DNA of 50,182 bases from a virus (lineage: Duplodnaviria; Caudoviricetes), in the IMG/VR virus record IMGVR_UViG_3300044615_001189, positions 1 to 50,182 of that record; one strand, 5' to 3'. Of this stretch, positions 33,844 to 43,496 are shown in pieces (the stretch's first letter is position 1; each line of letters begins with the position of its first letter). The translations under genes and the position numbers were made by a program. The notes beneath the pieces are model-generated. The model saw only the letters and a program-made list of their open reading frames with translations, was not told the origin of the DNA and did not search any database.

Positions 33844-34754
33844 GGCTGCACCAGCTGGCGGACGGACTGGGTGACGAAGGGATCGACATCCAGGATGGTC
33901 GAGATGGTGGCGGCGTTGCTGATCAGGCTGCCGAGCGCCTGGCCGTTCACGGTGCTGCCGCCGAGGGTGTTGAGCATGGCGGTGGTGGCGGGCCGCAGCG
34001 CCTGCAGCGCGACGCTCATCGCCGGCGCGCCGCGGCCGAGGGCCATCTGCTGGACCATCTGCGCCGCGCTGATCCCAACCTGCCCCCAGATCCCTTGCTG
34101 CGGGATGGAGAGGCCAGCGAGGCCGAAGGCGTTGAGCGCCGCGCCGACGTAGTTGCCGCTGGCGAGCGAGCCGGCGATCGCCGCGAGCTGGCCGATGTTG
34201 AAGCCCGCGCCCCGGGCGGCCTCCACCACGGGTGCTGCAATGCCGGAGACGACCGCCGCGGCGGAGCCGGCCCCGGTGAACTGCGCCAGGCTGGCGACGG
34301 CCGGCAGCGCAGCACCGGCGGCGGTGATGCCCGCGACACTGCCGGGTGCTGCCGCTGCCCCGGGGTTGTCGTCGCCGTAACGGGTCAGCTCCAGGGAGAA
34401 GGTGATCGCGCGGGCGGCACCGTTGCTGAGGAAGGTGGACTGCCCCTCGCGCACGCGCCGGAGCGCCCACTTCCCGTGGACGCGGCCGAGGCCATCGGTG
34501 AGCATCAGCGGCTCGCCCTTCACCGCCAGGTCGCGGAGCTGCTGCATCGTGCCCTGCTTACCGCTGAAGCCGGGGTAGAGGGTGCCATCGAGGGTGATGG
34601 CCTGCTCGCCGGGGCCGAGGAACTGCGCGGCGGGCTCGCGCAGCAGCCGCTCCTGCACCTCCCACCGGTAGTCGGCGGTGCGCTCCAGGGTCTGCGGTGC
34701 GCCGTTCGCCAGGGTGAACTGGAAGTCGCCGAGCTGGAAGAGTGCGCTGGCCAT
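33840..34754 (-). CDS. P2 gpU-like tail protein with a long Ala/Gly-rich extension
   Basis: LGDFQF, QFLGPG, LTDGLGRVHGKW, FSLELTRY. Confidence 0.85.
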   Translation of the reverse strand: MASALFQLGDFQFTLANGAPQTLERTADYRWEVQERLLREPAAQFLGPGEQAITLDGTLYPGFSGKQGTMQQLRDLAVKGEPLMLTDGLGRVHGKWALRRVREGQSTFLSNGAARAITFSLELTRYGDDNPGAAAAPGSVAGITAAGAALPAVASLAQFTGAGSAAAVVSGIAAPVVEAARGAGFNIGQLAAIAGSLASGNYVGAALNAFGLAGLSIPQQGIWGQVGISAAQMVQQMALGRGAPAMSVALQALRPATTAMLNTLGGSTVNGQALGSLISNAATISTILDVDPFVTQSVRQLVQP

Positions 34755-34759
34755 GGTCG

Positions 34760-36799
34760 TCAGTCGTTGAGGGCGAGGCGGTAGGTGGAGGCCATGCTGC
34801 GCTGGAACTCATCGAGCGCATCGAGCACCGCCGCGCGGATGTCGGGGCCGTTGCCGCTGGGGGCGTTGATGGTGATGCCCCCCGCGTTGAAGGTGATGGC
34901 CCTGGAGCCTGAGGCTGCGGCGCGGGGGACGCGGGGGATGATGCGGCCGGAGCGATCGGGGCGGAAGATCTCGGGCCGCCGCTCGCCCACCAGGTAGTCC
35001 ATGCCGGCGAGGACGCGACCGCCGAGGGCGCGGGGCTGCGGGGTGGGTCCGACCGCGACTGGAGCAGCAGGCGCGGCCCCGCCGCCGCCGCCGCCGGAGA
35101 CCATCGAGCCGATGCGCTGCACGGCACCGCCGACCCAGGAGAAGAGGGCCCCGGCGCGGGCCTTCAGGCCGTCGATGATGCTGCCGATGATCCGCTGGCC
35201 GATGCCGCTGCCGGTGAACAGGTTGATGATCAGCGCCGGGATGGGGGCGAACACGGCAAGCATCTGCTGGCCGGTGCGGATCGTGGCTTGGATCACCGCC
35301 TGCCAGAGGCGGGAGAAGAGACCGGGGATCGAGGACCAGTTGCGGATCACCACGTAGGCCAGGGCGGCGACACCACCGATCGCGGCGGCTACTGCACCGA
35401 TGGGCGGGATCACCAGCGCGAACACGGTGCCGAGGCCGGCGATCACCGGGAACGCGGTCGCCGCGGCCCCGATGGCAGTGGCAATGGTGCCGATCGCGCC
35501 AACCACACCAGCGATCACCGGCAGCACCAGCACCAGGCCCGCCAGTGCGCCGCCGATCGCCACAACCCCGGTCATCAGGCCAGGGTTTGCCGCTGCCCAG
35601 CTGGCGATCCCCTCCACCACCGGCGTGATGAACTCCGCGATGCGGGTGAGCGGCGGCAGCAGCGCAGTGCCGACCGTGATGCCCAGCCGCTGCGCGCTGT
35701 TCTGGAAGCTCGCCAGCGTGCCCTGGAACGTCCCCAGGCTGCGCTGGTAGTCCTTCTCCACCGTGCCGGCTGCAGCACTGCCACCGGCATCAGCCTTCAG
35801 CTTCGCGTACTCCTGCCGGTACTTCATCAGGGACATCAGGCCCAGCTTCGCTTCCTTGTCGCCGAAGATCTGGGAGAGCTTGAACACGTCGCCGCCGGTG
35901 ACGCGCTGCAACTCCGCCAGCGCCGCCTCCATCGGGTTGATGCCCTTCGCCTTGGCGTTCTTCAGCACCTGCTCGATGTTGACGCCGAACTTGCTGAAGT
36001 TCTTCACCGCATCCGGTGCGGTCATCTTCAGCATCGCGTCCGTGAGGCGCGTCGCTGCAGCGCCTGCATCCGGCGCGTCCTTCCGCACCATCTGCATCAT
36101 CGCCGCGAGCGACACCGCACCCTGCCGGCCCTGGATGCCGAGCGTCCCCGCCGCGGCGGCGATGGTGGGCATGAACTGCGCCATGTCCTTCAGCTCGAAC
36201 GCGCCCGCCTTGCCGGCGAACGCGAGCGCATCGAACGTTGCCTTCAGCTCCGTCGGCCGGATCTTCAGCGCGTTCTGCAGCTGGAAGCCAGTCTTGGTGA
36301 CGTCCAGCAGATCGGAGTTGGTGGCGGTCGCCACCTTGCCCAGCGCCTCCATCGAGGCGACGGCATCCTTCAGCTCCAGGCCCTGGGCCACCAGATCCTG
36401 GATGCCCTGCGCCAGCTTCTCCGGCGCGAGGTTGGTCATGTTCCGGCTGCTGAGCCGCAGCACCTCCGTGCTCAGCCCCTTCAGCTCCACCGCGCCCACG
36501 TTGGCGGTCTTGCCGATGTCGCTCAGCACCGCCTCGAAGCTGGCGGCGGCTTTGATGCTGGCCCCGAGCGCCACCGTGATGCCCGTCGCGCCGATGGCAG
36601 CCTGCTGCCACATTGCGCTGTCGAACATCCCCTTGAAGCCCTTGCGGCCGGCGATCGCCGCATCGTTCATCGTGCGGCTGACGTTCCGCCCGAAGGACGA
36701 CACCTGGAATTGTGCAGCCTTGATCGACTTGCCCAGGCTGGCCGCAACCTTGCCGCCGATCTCAACGGTGATCTTCTGTGGCCCGCTGCCGCCGATCAT
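34760..36799 (-). CDS. Tail tape measure protein
   Basis: AGKAGAFELKDMA, helical Ala-rich body with TM segments. Confidence 0.92.
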   Translation of the reverse strand: MIGGSGPQKITVEIGGKVAASLGKSIKAAQFQVSSFGRNVSRTMNDAAIAGRKGFKGMFDSAMWQQAAIGATGITVALGASIKAAASFEAVLSDIGKTANVGAVELKGLSTEVLRLSSRNMTNLAPEKLAQGIQDLVAQGLELKDAVASMEALGKVATATNSDLLDVTKTGFQLQNALKIRPTELKATFDALAFAGKAGAFELKDMAQFMPTIAAAAGTLGIQGRQGAVSLAAMMQMVRKDAPDAGAAATRLTDAMLKMTAPDAVKNFSKFGVNIEQVLKNAKAKGINPMEAALAELQRVTGGDVFKLSQIFGDKEAKLGLMSLMKYRQEYAKLKADAGGSAAAGTVEKDYQRSLGTFQGTLASFQNSAQRLGITVGTALLPPLTRIAEFITPVVEGIASWAAANPGLMTGVVAIGGALAGLVLVLPVIAGVVGAIGTIATAIGAAATAFPVIAGLGTVFALVIPPIGAVAAAIGGVAALAYVVIRNWSSIPGLFSRLWQAVIQATIRTGQQMLAVFAPIPALIINLFTGSGIGQRIIGSIIDGLKARAGALFSWVGGAVQRIGSMVSGGGGGGAAPAAPVAVGPTPQPRALGGRVLAGMDYLVGERRPEIFRPDRSGRIIPRVPRAAASGSRAITFNAGGITINAPSGNGPDIRAAVLDALDEFQRSMASTYRLALND

Positions 36800-36948
36800 G
36801 TCTTCAACGCCTCCGCGATCCCATTCTCAACCACCTCGGCCTGATCGAACCAGGCCCAGAAGTCATCGAGCTCCAGGTCCAGCAGTTCGGCCAGGCCCCA
36901 GCCGGTTGCCTTCGCCAGGATGATGACCGCCCGGCGAAGGTCGTCCAC
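36796..36948 (-). CDS. GpE'-like downstream tail chaperone segment (possible -1 frameshift extension)
   Basis: (V)DDLRRAVIILAKATGWGLAELLDLELDDFWAWF...; lies in the -1 frame of the chaperone. Confidence 0.75.
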   Translation of the reverse strand: MDDLRRAVIILAKATGWGLAELLDLELDDFWAWFDQAEVVENGIAEALKT

Positions 36949-36950
36949 TG

Positions 36951-37229
36951 CTACGACCTGGCCACCCTGAAAGCCAGGAGCTGCGCCTCCAGCTTGCCCC
37001 AGTTGATGTCGTCGAACTCGAGGACGTCCTCGTAGAGGATCTCGCAGAGGTTGGCGACGAGGTGAACGGTCTGTTCGCCCTCGTTGCTGGAGGCCTTGGA
37101 GGCGGAGACGCGATCGCCGACCTTGGGCCGGCGCATGATCACGTGATCCACCTCCACGCCGCTGATGGTCTCCGGGAAGTCGAAGACCACCTTCACGCTC
37201 TGCTCAGGCCGCTGCTGCTTGGCTGCCAT
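36951..37229 (-). CDS. Tail assembly chaperone (P2 gpE / Mu gp41-like)
   Basis: MRRPKVGD...ANLCE; between tube and tape measure genes. Confidence 0.85.
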   Translation of the reverse strand: MAAKQQRPEQSVKVVFDFPETISGVEVDHVIMRRPKVGDRVSASKASSNEGEQTVHLVANLCEILYEDVLEFDDINWGKLEAQLLAFRVARS

Positions 37230-37231
37230 CG

Positions 37232-37738
37232 TCAGACCCCGATCGCCTGGCGGATGGTGGCGAGCTGATCGACACCATCGACCTTGCGGATCATGTTCAC
37301 CTTGTCGATCTCGATGAGCTCGCGACCGCCGATGGTGAGCTTGTAGTAGCGGAGGGCATAGGAGAAGGTCGGGCTCGACATGTCGCCGGCCTTCCAGTCG
37401 CCCTTCTCCACCTGCTTGATCATGCCGGTCATGTTGACCACCACTGGCACGGCATCCTCACCATCGCGGCGCATCGCGCCACGGGCGGTGAGCTGCTTGT
37501 CGGCAGCGGAGAGGCCGTAGAGGGCGATGATGTCGGGGTTGTACTCCAGCAGCTGGAAGGTGCCCTCCAGCTTCTCCATGCCCATGTCGTGCTCGATGGG
37601 GGCATCCATCCCGCCGGCGCGCACCTCCTCGACCTTGGTGGTGAGGGTGGGCAAGGTGAGGGTGTCGATGGTGCCAGCGAGGCCGCGGCCATCGACGAAC
37701 AGAGAGAAGTTCTTGAGGATCCTGGGGATCTGGGCCAT
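37232..37738 (-). CDS. Tail tube protein (P2 FII-like)
   Basis: LKNFSLFVDG, RAGGMD, YYKLTIGG...EID. Confidence 0.93.
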   Translation of the reverse strand: MAQIPRILKNFSLFVDGRGLAGTIDTLTLPTLTTKVEEVRAGGMDAPIEHDMGMEKLEGTFQLLEYNPDIIALYGLSAADKQLTARGAMRRDGEDAVPVVVNMTGMIKQVEKGDWKAGDMSSPTFSYALRYYKLTIGGRELIEIDKVNMIRKVDGVDQLATIRQAIGV

Positions 37739-37768
37739 GGGTCAGTCCTCGATGGGGCGGGTGGTGGA

Positions 37769-39202
37769 TCAGGCAGCGGGGAGTGCAGCGAACAGGTCGA
37801 CCACGTAGGTGTTGACCAGGTGGCTGCGGAAGGTCACGCGCTCGGCCGGATACGGGGGCGTGAACTCGAAGTCGAACACCACCTGGCCATTGGCGATGGA
37901 GGTGGGTGTGTTCTGCTCGGGATCCACCCAGACGTCGCCGCCGAGGATGGCACCACGGGCCTTGAGGGTGCGCAGGTACTGCCGCACCGACTCCATCACC
38001 TCCTCGAGGTAGGTGGCGGTGATGCAGCGATCCACGGCCCAGAGGTGGCCACGGAGGATCGACTCGTTGATCATGTCCGCCGTGCGCTGGACGGACAGGA
38101 AGGCGTAGAGCGGATCGGTGGAGAGGGTGCGGTTGCCCCAGAGGCGGAAGCCACCTTCGCGGATGATGGTGGCGACGTTCTGCTCGTTGAGCAGGTTGGC
38201 GCGGGAGTTGGTGTCGCCCAGGGCGAAGTCGATGGCGCGAGCGGTGGCCTCGATGCCGTAGACCTCCTTGTTGGAGGGGGACCACCAGAAGCCCAGCTCG
38301 TTGTCGGTGCGGTTGATGATGCCGGCGACGACGGGCGAGGCGGGCTGTGTGACGCCACCGACCACCACCCAGGGATCGACCATGTAGACCCGGCGGGAGC
38401 CAAAGTCATCGGCGGCCTGGATCGCAGCAGCGTCGGTGGTGTTGGGGCCGTCGGCGATGACCACGGCCCGGAGGCGATCAGCGATCGACAGCAGCTCGGA
38501 GACAACCCGGTTGCGGACGGTGCCCTTCGTCGCGGTGCCGGCCACTGCCTGAACACCACCGGAGGGCGGAGCGCCGATCGTGACGGTGACCGCGCCGGTG
38601 TAGTTGGTGCCGGGGTTGGTGATGGTGAAGGAGACCACCTTGCCGGCGTTGGCCCCGGTGCCGAGCACCGCGACGGCGGTGGCCTGCACACCGTCGGTGG
38701 CGGGAGCGCTGATCGTCACAGCCGGGGCGGTGAGGTAGCCGCTGCCCTGGGTGGTGACGGGGATGCTCAGGATGCCGTTGGCGTGGCGCTGATGGGTAAA
38801 GCCGGGGGCGATCAACACCTTGGGCTGGAAGCCCACGGCGTTCTCAGCGGCCAGGAAGTCGTAGACCCCTTCGTAGGCACCGGTGCCAGCGTTGGTGCCG
38901 CCGACCACGTTGGTGATAGTGGCCTCGTCGTTCGCGCCAGCGGTGACGCGGATCACCACGACGACTGCGCCGGCCTGGGCGTAGATCAGGTCGAGGCTCT
39001 GCTTCAGGGTGCCGGTGGTGCCGAGGGTGGCGTAGTCGCTCTTGCTGGTGACCAGCACCGGAGTGTTGATGGGGAACTTGACGGCATCCGCATCGGGGGC
39101 GGTGCCGATCAGGCCGATCACGCTGGAGCGGACGGTCTGGATGGGCCGTGCACCAGTGTCGATCTGGAGCACCTCCACGCCGTGGAGGAAGTTGGTGGGC
39201 AT
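37769..39202 (-). CDS. Tail sheath protein (P2 FI-like) with an inserted beta domain
   Basis: FLHGVE, GFWWSPSN, GFRLWGNRT; insert GSGYLTAPAVTIS...NPGTNYT. Confidence 0.95.
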   Translation of the reverse strand: MPTNFLHGVEVLQIDTGARPIQTVRSSVIGLIGTAPDADAVKFPINTPVLVTSKSDYATLGTTGTLKQSLDLIYAQAGAVVVVIRVTAGANDEATITNVVGGTNAGTGAYEGVYDFLAAENAVGFQPKVLIAPGFTHQRHANGILSIPVTTQGSGYLTAPAVTISAPATDGVQATAVAVLGTGANAGKVVSFTITNPGTNYTGAVTVTIGAPPSGGVQAVAGTATKGTVRNRVVSELLSIADRLRAVVIADGPNTTDAAAIQAADDFGSRRVYMVDPWVVVGGVTQPASPVVAGIINRTDNELGFWWSPSNKEVYGIEATARAIDFALGDTNSRANLLNEQNVATIIREGGFRLWGNRTLSTDPLYAFLSVQRTADMINESILRGHLWAVDRCITATYLEEVMESVRQYLRTLKARGAILGGDVWVDPEQNTPTSIANGQVVFDFEFTPPYPAERVTFRSHLVNTYVVDLFAALPAA

Positions 39203-39242
39203 AGTGGAGGAGCCTCCTGTCGGGTTGATTCTAGGCCGAGCG

Positions 39243-40358
39243 TCAGACCAACTCGGCGTCAGCAGCGAAGTGGAACAGCATGCTGGCGACGTAGGCGTTG
39301 GGGTAGACCAGGAACCCGTTGGTGCTGTTGGAGAGCACAACAGGCGCGGTGGCCTGGTTCGCCCACACCCCGTTGTAGTACTGGCTGTACTGGTTGGCGG
39401 TGCCCGAGCGGTTCCAGAAGGTGAGCTGCGGGGTGCCGCGCTTCGTGACGCGATAGGTCACCGCCGGCGCAGGGGGCGCGTAACCGGTGGTCGAGAAGTA
39501 GTAGATGCACTGCCCGCCCACCAGACCGGTGTCGGTGGTGGTGCCGGGGGTGGTGTCGAGGTCGTAGGACTTCTCGTAGTAGCGCTGGCACAGCGCCAGT
39601 TCGGTGCCCAGGGGGCGGAGCTCGAACGGTGTGCGGAAGCCGCCCGGTTCCACCTGCACCCGGGCGATGTCGAACGTGCCCGACTGCTGGCCGAGGGTGC
39701 CATTGCGGGCGTTGAAGCTGCTGCCGCCGTCGAACCAGATGTTGAGCGCCAGGTAGTCATCGCCGGCGGTGCCGAGCGTCTTGCCGCTGATGGAAGGCAC
39801 AGTGACCGTGAGGCTGATCTGCTGCCAGGCGGTGCCGATCGTGAACTTCGTCGCACCGATGCCCGTCACCATGGCGCTGGGTGAGCCGCCGGTGCCGAAC
39901 CACTGGGCCAGTTCCACCGAGATCGAGCGGCTGGCGTCTGCCTTGGCCCAGAAGCTGATGGTGACCGTCTGGCCGGCGAAGGTGCGCACGCCCTCGATCC
40001 GCTGCAGCATGATCGAGTAGTTGCTGGCCCCAGCCACGGAGGTGACGACGGCGCGGCTGAAGAACCGCGGCTCGCCTGGCACATCGGTCTGGCCGAGAGT
40101 GAAGGCCTGGCGGCTCATCACCGCGCTGCTGCCGACGTAGCCATTGAGCCAGCGATCGGCGGCGAAGGCCGATGCACTGAAGCTGGTGCCGCGCTGCCAG
40201 ACGTCGAAGTTGCCGTTGATGATGGCGTTGCGGAAGCCGGCGAGCGGACCGCCGTTGATGGCGCTGAGCTGCGCAGCGGCCGCCCCGTCGTTGGTCAAGG
40301 CCAGGGCGGGGGTGGTTGCGCTGGGATGCTGCAGCTGCTGGACGCGGAGGTTGCTCAT
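39243..40358 (-). CDS. Tail fiber / receptor-binding protein
   Basis: RNAIINGNFDVWQRG, ADRW, ELALCQRYYEKSY. Confidence 0.8.
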   Translation of the reverse strand: MSNLRVQQLQHPSATTPALALTNDGAAAAQLSAINGGPLAGFRNAIINGNFDVWQRGTSFSASAFAADRWLNGYVGSSAVMSRQAFTLGQTDVPGEPRFFSRAVVTSVAGASNYSIMLQRIEGVRTFAGQTVTISFWAKADASRSISVELAQWFGTGGSPSAMVTGIGATKFTIGTAWQQISLTVTVPSISGKTLGTAGDDYLALNIWFDGGSSFNARNGTLGQQSGTFDIARVQVEPGGFRTPFELRPLGTELALCQRYYEKSYDLDTTPGTTTDTGLVGGQCIYYFSTTGYAPPAPAVTYRVTKRGTPQLTFWNRSGTANQYSQYYNGVWANQATAPVVLSNSTNGFLVYPNAYVASMLFHFAADAELV

Positions 40359-40999
40359 CAGCCTTCGTAGAGAGCGTTGATGGTGCCGGCATCAAAGGTT
40401 TCGGTGCCGTTGGTAGCCAGTTGCAGGCGATCAAGAGCGCCCAATAGCGCGATGCTTCCGAAATAGCTCCACGGGTAATCAGTAGATCCTATTTGTCCGG
40501 TAATCATCCATGTATTGCCGGTCAGCAAGACAAGTTGTAGCACGCCAGTATTCACGCTTGCAGAATAGCCTGCGTAGATGTTAAAGCCAGTTGAGAAGAA
40601 GGTTCGGGAACTGGAGGTCGGGCTATTAAAGTTGTGAAAGGAAGTGTAGCCAGTGTAACCAGTAATCGCAATGCTACCGGCTCCAACTCTTAAGAAATAG
40701 TCATTTACTCCGTTTGTGCTCACACCATTCAGCATCACGGTAATCCGCTTCACCCAGCTCGGGATGCTGGTGAAGTCGATGCTGGTGTTGTTTGTCTGCC
40801 CGTTCCAGTTAAAGGCTTTTGCGGTGTTGAGCACCAGCCGACCGCGATCCACCCACGCCCCGTTGCCCGCGCCGTCGGTGCCGAACACTTGGCCGTCGCT
40901 GCCGTTGTTGCCGGGCAGCCGCAGCGTGTTGTTGCCCGCCGTCGCCGGGGCATCGAGGTCCGTGTACCCGCTGGTCGAGCCGTTGAGCCGCAACGTCAT
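40358..40999 (-). CDS. Tail fiber protein with a low-GC variable domain
   Basis: LRLNGSTSGY, SIDFTSIPSWVKRITV, TFDAGTINALYE. Confidence 0.75.
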   Translation of the reverse strand: MTLRLNGSTSGYTDLDAPATAGNNTLRLPGNNGSDGQVFGTDGAGNGAWVDRGRLVLNTAKAFNWNGQTNNTSIDFTSIPSWVKRITVMLNGVSTNGVNDYFLRVGAGSIAITGYTGYTSFHNFNSPTSSSRTFFSTGFNIYAGYSASVNTGVLQLVLLTGNTWMITGQIGSTDYPWSYFGSIALLGALDRLQLATNGTETFDAGTINALYEG

Positions 41000-41196
41000 G
41001 GTGTCACCTCCAGAGCATCGCGCAGTTCGGCCAGGGTAAGGCCGATCCTGGCCAGCTTCTCTTCCACCGTCAGCTCCGTCACCACCTCGCGCTCGAGGAT
41101 CCCCTCGCGCAGCCGTGATTGTTCCACGCCATCAGGCGTCTGGAACCTCAGGTCGAGGCCGCCGATCTCGCCGTTGCCTTGCAGTCGAAGCGCCAT
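40996..41196 (-). CDS. Small tail-fiber-associated protein
   Basis: MALRLQGNG...LTVEEKLARIGLTLAELRDAL; coupled to both neighbours. Confidence 0.6.
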   Translation of the reverse strand: MALRLQGNGEIGGLDLRFQTPDGVEQSRLREGILEREVVTELTVEEKLARIGLTLAELRDALEVTP

Positions 41197-42062
41197 CAGA
41201 CAATCACCCACGTGCTGCCGGCCGAAATGGTCACGGTCACTCCTGCGTTCACTGTAATGGGCCCTGCGCTCACGGCGTTCTTGCCGCTGGCGATTGTGTA
41301 GTTGGTCGTCACCACCTGGCCGTTCTCCTGGAAGATCTGATCTGCGCCGCCGCCCGTCGCACCCTGCCCCAGGGCGTTCCAGTTGGTGCCGTCGAAGCCC
41401 TCGAACTGGTTGAGGGTGGTGTTGAAGCGCAGCGCCCGGCCGCCCGGCGCACCGCGTTGTGCGGTGGTGCCGCTGGGCAGGCCGAACGATCCGGTCGCGG
41501 TGCTGCTGATGCTGCCGCTGTAGGCCGCCGCCGCCAGGTTGACCGTGCCGGTGAACGTCGGCGATGCCAGGGGCGCGTAGGTGCTCGCCGCAGTGGTGGT
41601 CTTGAGGTAGCCCTGGCCGATCACGAACGCAGTCGTCGCCAGCTGCGTGGTGTTGGTGTCCACCGCGGCGGTGGGACCCGCCGGAGTGCCGGTGAAGGTG
41701 GGCGATGCCAGCGCCGCCCGGGTGCTGTCGGTCGGGTGGACGTGATCCTGCCGCGCGAACCGCAGCGAGGTGCCCACTGCCGCCGTCCCTGCACCCAGCG
41801 GCACCACGTTGCCGGCCTGGTTCACCACGAACGCCGTGGTGGCGATCTGGGTGGTGTTGGTGTCGGCCGCCGCCGTCGGCGCTGCAGGCGTGCCAGTGAA
41901 CGTCGGGCTCGCGAGGGTGGCCCGCGTTGTCTCCAGCGCGTTGATCTCCGTGTCGAGCGCATCGAGCGCGGCGCGCAGCCGCACCACGTCCTCACTCAGC
42001 AGATTGGCGGCGTTGGGCTTCTGGAAGCCCTGCGTTGCCGTGACGTCGTTGATGGGAGGCAT
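41196..42062 (-). CDS. Tail fiber protein with internal repeats
   Basis: Two copies of LASPTFTGTPxxPTAAxDTNTTQxATTAFV plus a partial third; C-terminal GGGADQIFQEN...WVIV. Confidence 0.85.
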   Translation of the reverse strand: MPPINDVTATQGFQKPNAANLLSEDVVRLRAALDALDTEINALETTRATLASPTFTGTPAAPTAAADTNTTQIATTAFVVNQAGNVVPLGAGTAAVGTSLRFARQDHVHPTDSTRAALASPTFTGTPAGPTAAVDTNTTQLATTAFVIGQGYLKTTTAASTYAPLASPTFTGTVNLAAAAYSGSISSTATGSFGLPSGTTAQRGAPGGRALRFNTTLNQFEGFDGTNWNALGQGATGGGADQIFQENGQVVTTNYTIASGKNAVSAGPITVNAGVTVTISAGSTWVIV

Positions 42063-42066
42063 GGGA

Positions 42067-43494
42067 TCAGATCACCACGAGACGAAGCTGCCGCAGTTGC
42101 GGCCGGGCGGCAGAGGTGCCGGTGAGCGTCAGCCGCACCCTGGTGGTGGTGCCGCCGGCGGTGAAGCTCGACACGGTAAAGACCTGCTCGGTCCAACCGT
42201 CGCCCACCGACGTGCTGCTGGTCTGGCTGACGGACTGCCAGGTGCCGTCGCTCTTCTGGAACTCGACGGTCACGCCCGATGCCGCGGGCAGCAGCGACTC
42301 GAAGGTGCAGGAAACCTTCGCGTTGGCCGCGCATGGGATCGCCCTGGAGACGTAGGTGCCGGTCTCGCCCAGGTTGCCGAACACCGCCTGGGTGCCGGCG
42401 AACAGGTAGGGGCTCTCGGTGGTGGTGCCGCGCAGCACCGCCGACAGGGTGAGCGGCACGTTGATGTCCTCCGCCAGCTGGATGCGGGCGTTGTCTGCGC
42501 CGCGGATCTGGCTGCCGTCGGGCTTGGTGAACACGAACTCCACGTCGGTGGCGCTGCTCACACGCTCCACCCCGGCGAGCGCCACCAGGTCGGTGGTGTC
42601 GCCATCGACCGCGAGGATGGTGCCGGTGGCGGGCGTCGCGGGGCTGTTGGCGACCGTGTAGGTGAAGGCCGTCGTGCTCGTCACGGTGACCGTGAAGGCC
42701 CCGTTGTAGTCGGTCTGCGTCGCGCCGCTGATCACCACCTTCTGGCCGGTGGTGAAGCCATGCGCCGTCGCGGTCGTCGCCGTCGCGGTGGTGCCGCTGC
42801 GGGTGATGCTGGACACCGCCGCCCTGCGGATCTGGCCCAGGCTCACGGTGCGGGTGGTACTGGTGAAGGTGGCCCCGTACATCCGGAAGGTCAGGTCGCT
42901 CTCCTGCACCGGCGTCCAGGTCGAGGCGTTGCTCGACTTCAGCATCGTGCCGATCGTGTACGGCTGGCTGGTGACGAAGGCGTTGGCCGCGGCGTCGAAC
43001 TTGCCCAGCTCCGCCAGACCCACCGCATGAACGGCGTCGTCGGTGAGCAGCACCATGGCGTACTCCACCCCCGCCTGCAGGTAGACCGGCCGGGTGAGGC
43101 TGATCTTGTTCCACGCCCCCACCGTGATCGCTGTCCCCTGGATCACACCCTCCGCCAGCGTGGTGGCGTTGGGCAGGCCCAGCTCCGTCTCCCGGATCTC
43201 CAGGTAGACCTTGTTGCTGGTGCTGCCCCGGGCGGTGAACTTGAAGTCCACCCCGGTGACGTGCCGCGACTGGTCGAGCCTGAACGTCTGCGCCAGCGGA
43301 TCCCAGAACCGCGTCTCGATCGTGGTGAGCTGCCGCTGCGTGCGGGTGATGATCGTGCCCGAACCGATGAACCGCGCAGCGCCGAAGCTGCCCTGCCCTC
43401 CGAGGAACGTGACGCGCTTCGTGCCGACGGGCACGTTGGCCGGGATCGTGAATGACCCCGTGATCTGTCCAGATCCGTTGGCTGTGAGGGGCAT
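42067..43494 (-). CDS. Baseplate/tail structural protein (partner of the DUF4815-like protein)
   Basis: DPLAQTF, SSNASTWT..Q.SDLTF. Confidence 0.75.
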   Translation of the reverse strand: MPLTANGSGQITGSFTIPANVPVGTKRVTFLGGQGSFGAARFIGSGTIITRTQRQLTTIETRFWDPLAQTFRLDQSRHVTGVDFKFTARGSTSNKVYLEIRETELGLPNATTLAEGVIQGTAITVGAWNKISLTRPVYLQAGVEYAMVLLTDDAVHAVGLAELGKFDAAANAFVTSQPYTIGTMLKSSNASTWTPVQESDLTFRMYGATFTSTTRTVSLGQIRRAAVSSITRSGTTATATTATAHGFTTGQKVVISGATQTDYNGAFTVTVTSTTAFTYTVANSPATPATGTILAVDGDTTDLVALAGVERVSSATDVEFVFTKPDGSQIRGADNARIQLAEDINVPLTLSAVLRGTTTESPYLFAGTQAVFGNLGETGTYVSRAIPCAANAKVSCTFESLLPAASGVTVEFQKSDGTWQSVSQTSSTSVGDGWTEQVFTVSSFTAGGTTTRVRLTLTGTSAARPQLRQLRLVVI

Positions 43495-43496
43495 GA

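Noticed and set aside
39243-42062. Diversity-generating retroelement or invertible tail-fiber cassette
   Set aside because: No reverse transcriptase, TR/VR pair, serine invertase or inverted fiber copy was seen; the repeats are ordinary fiber repeats.
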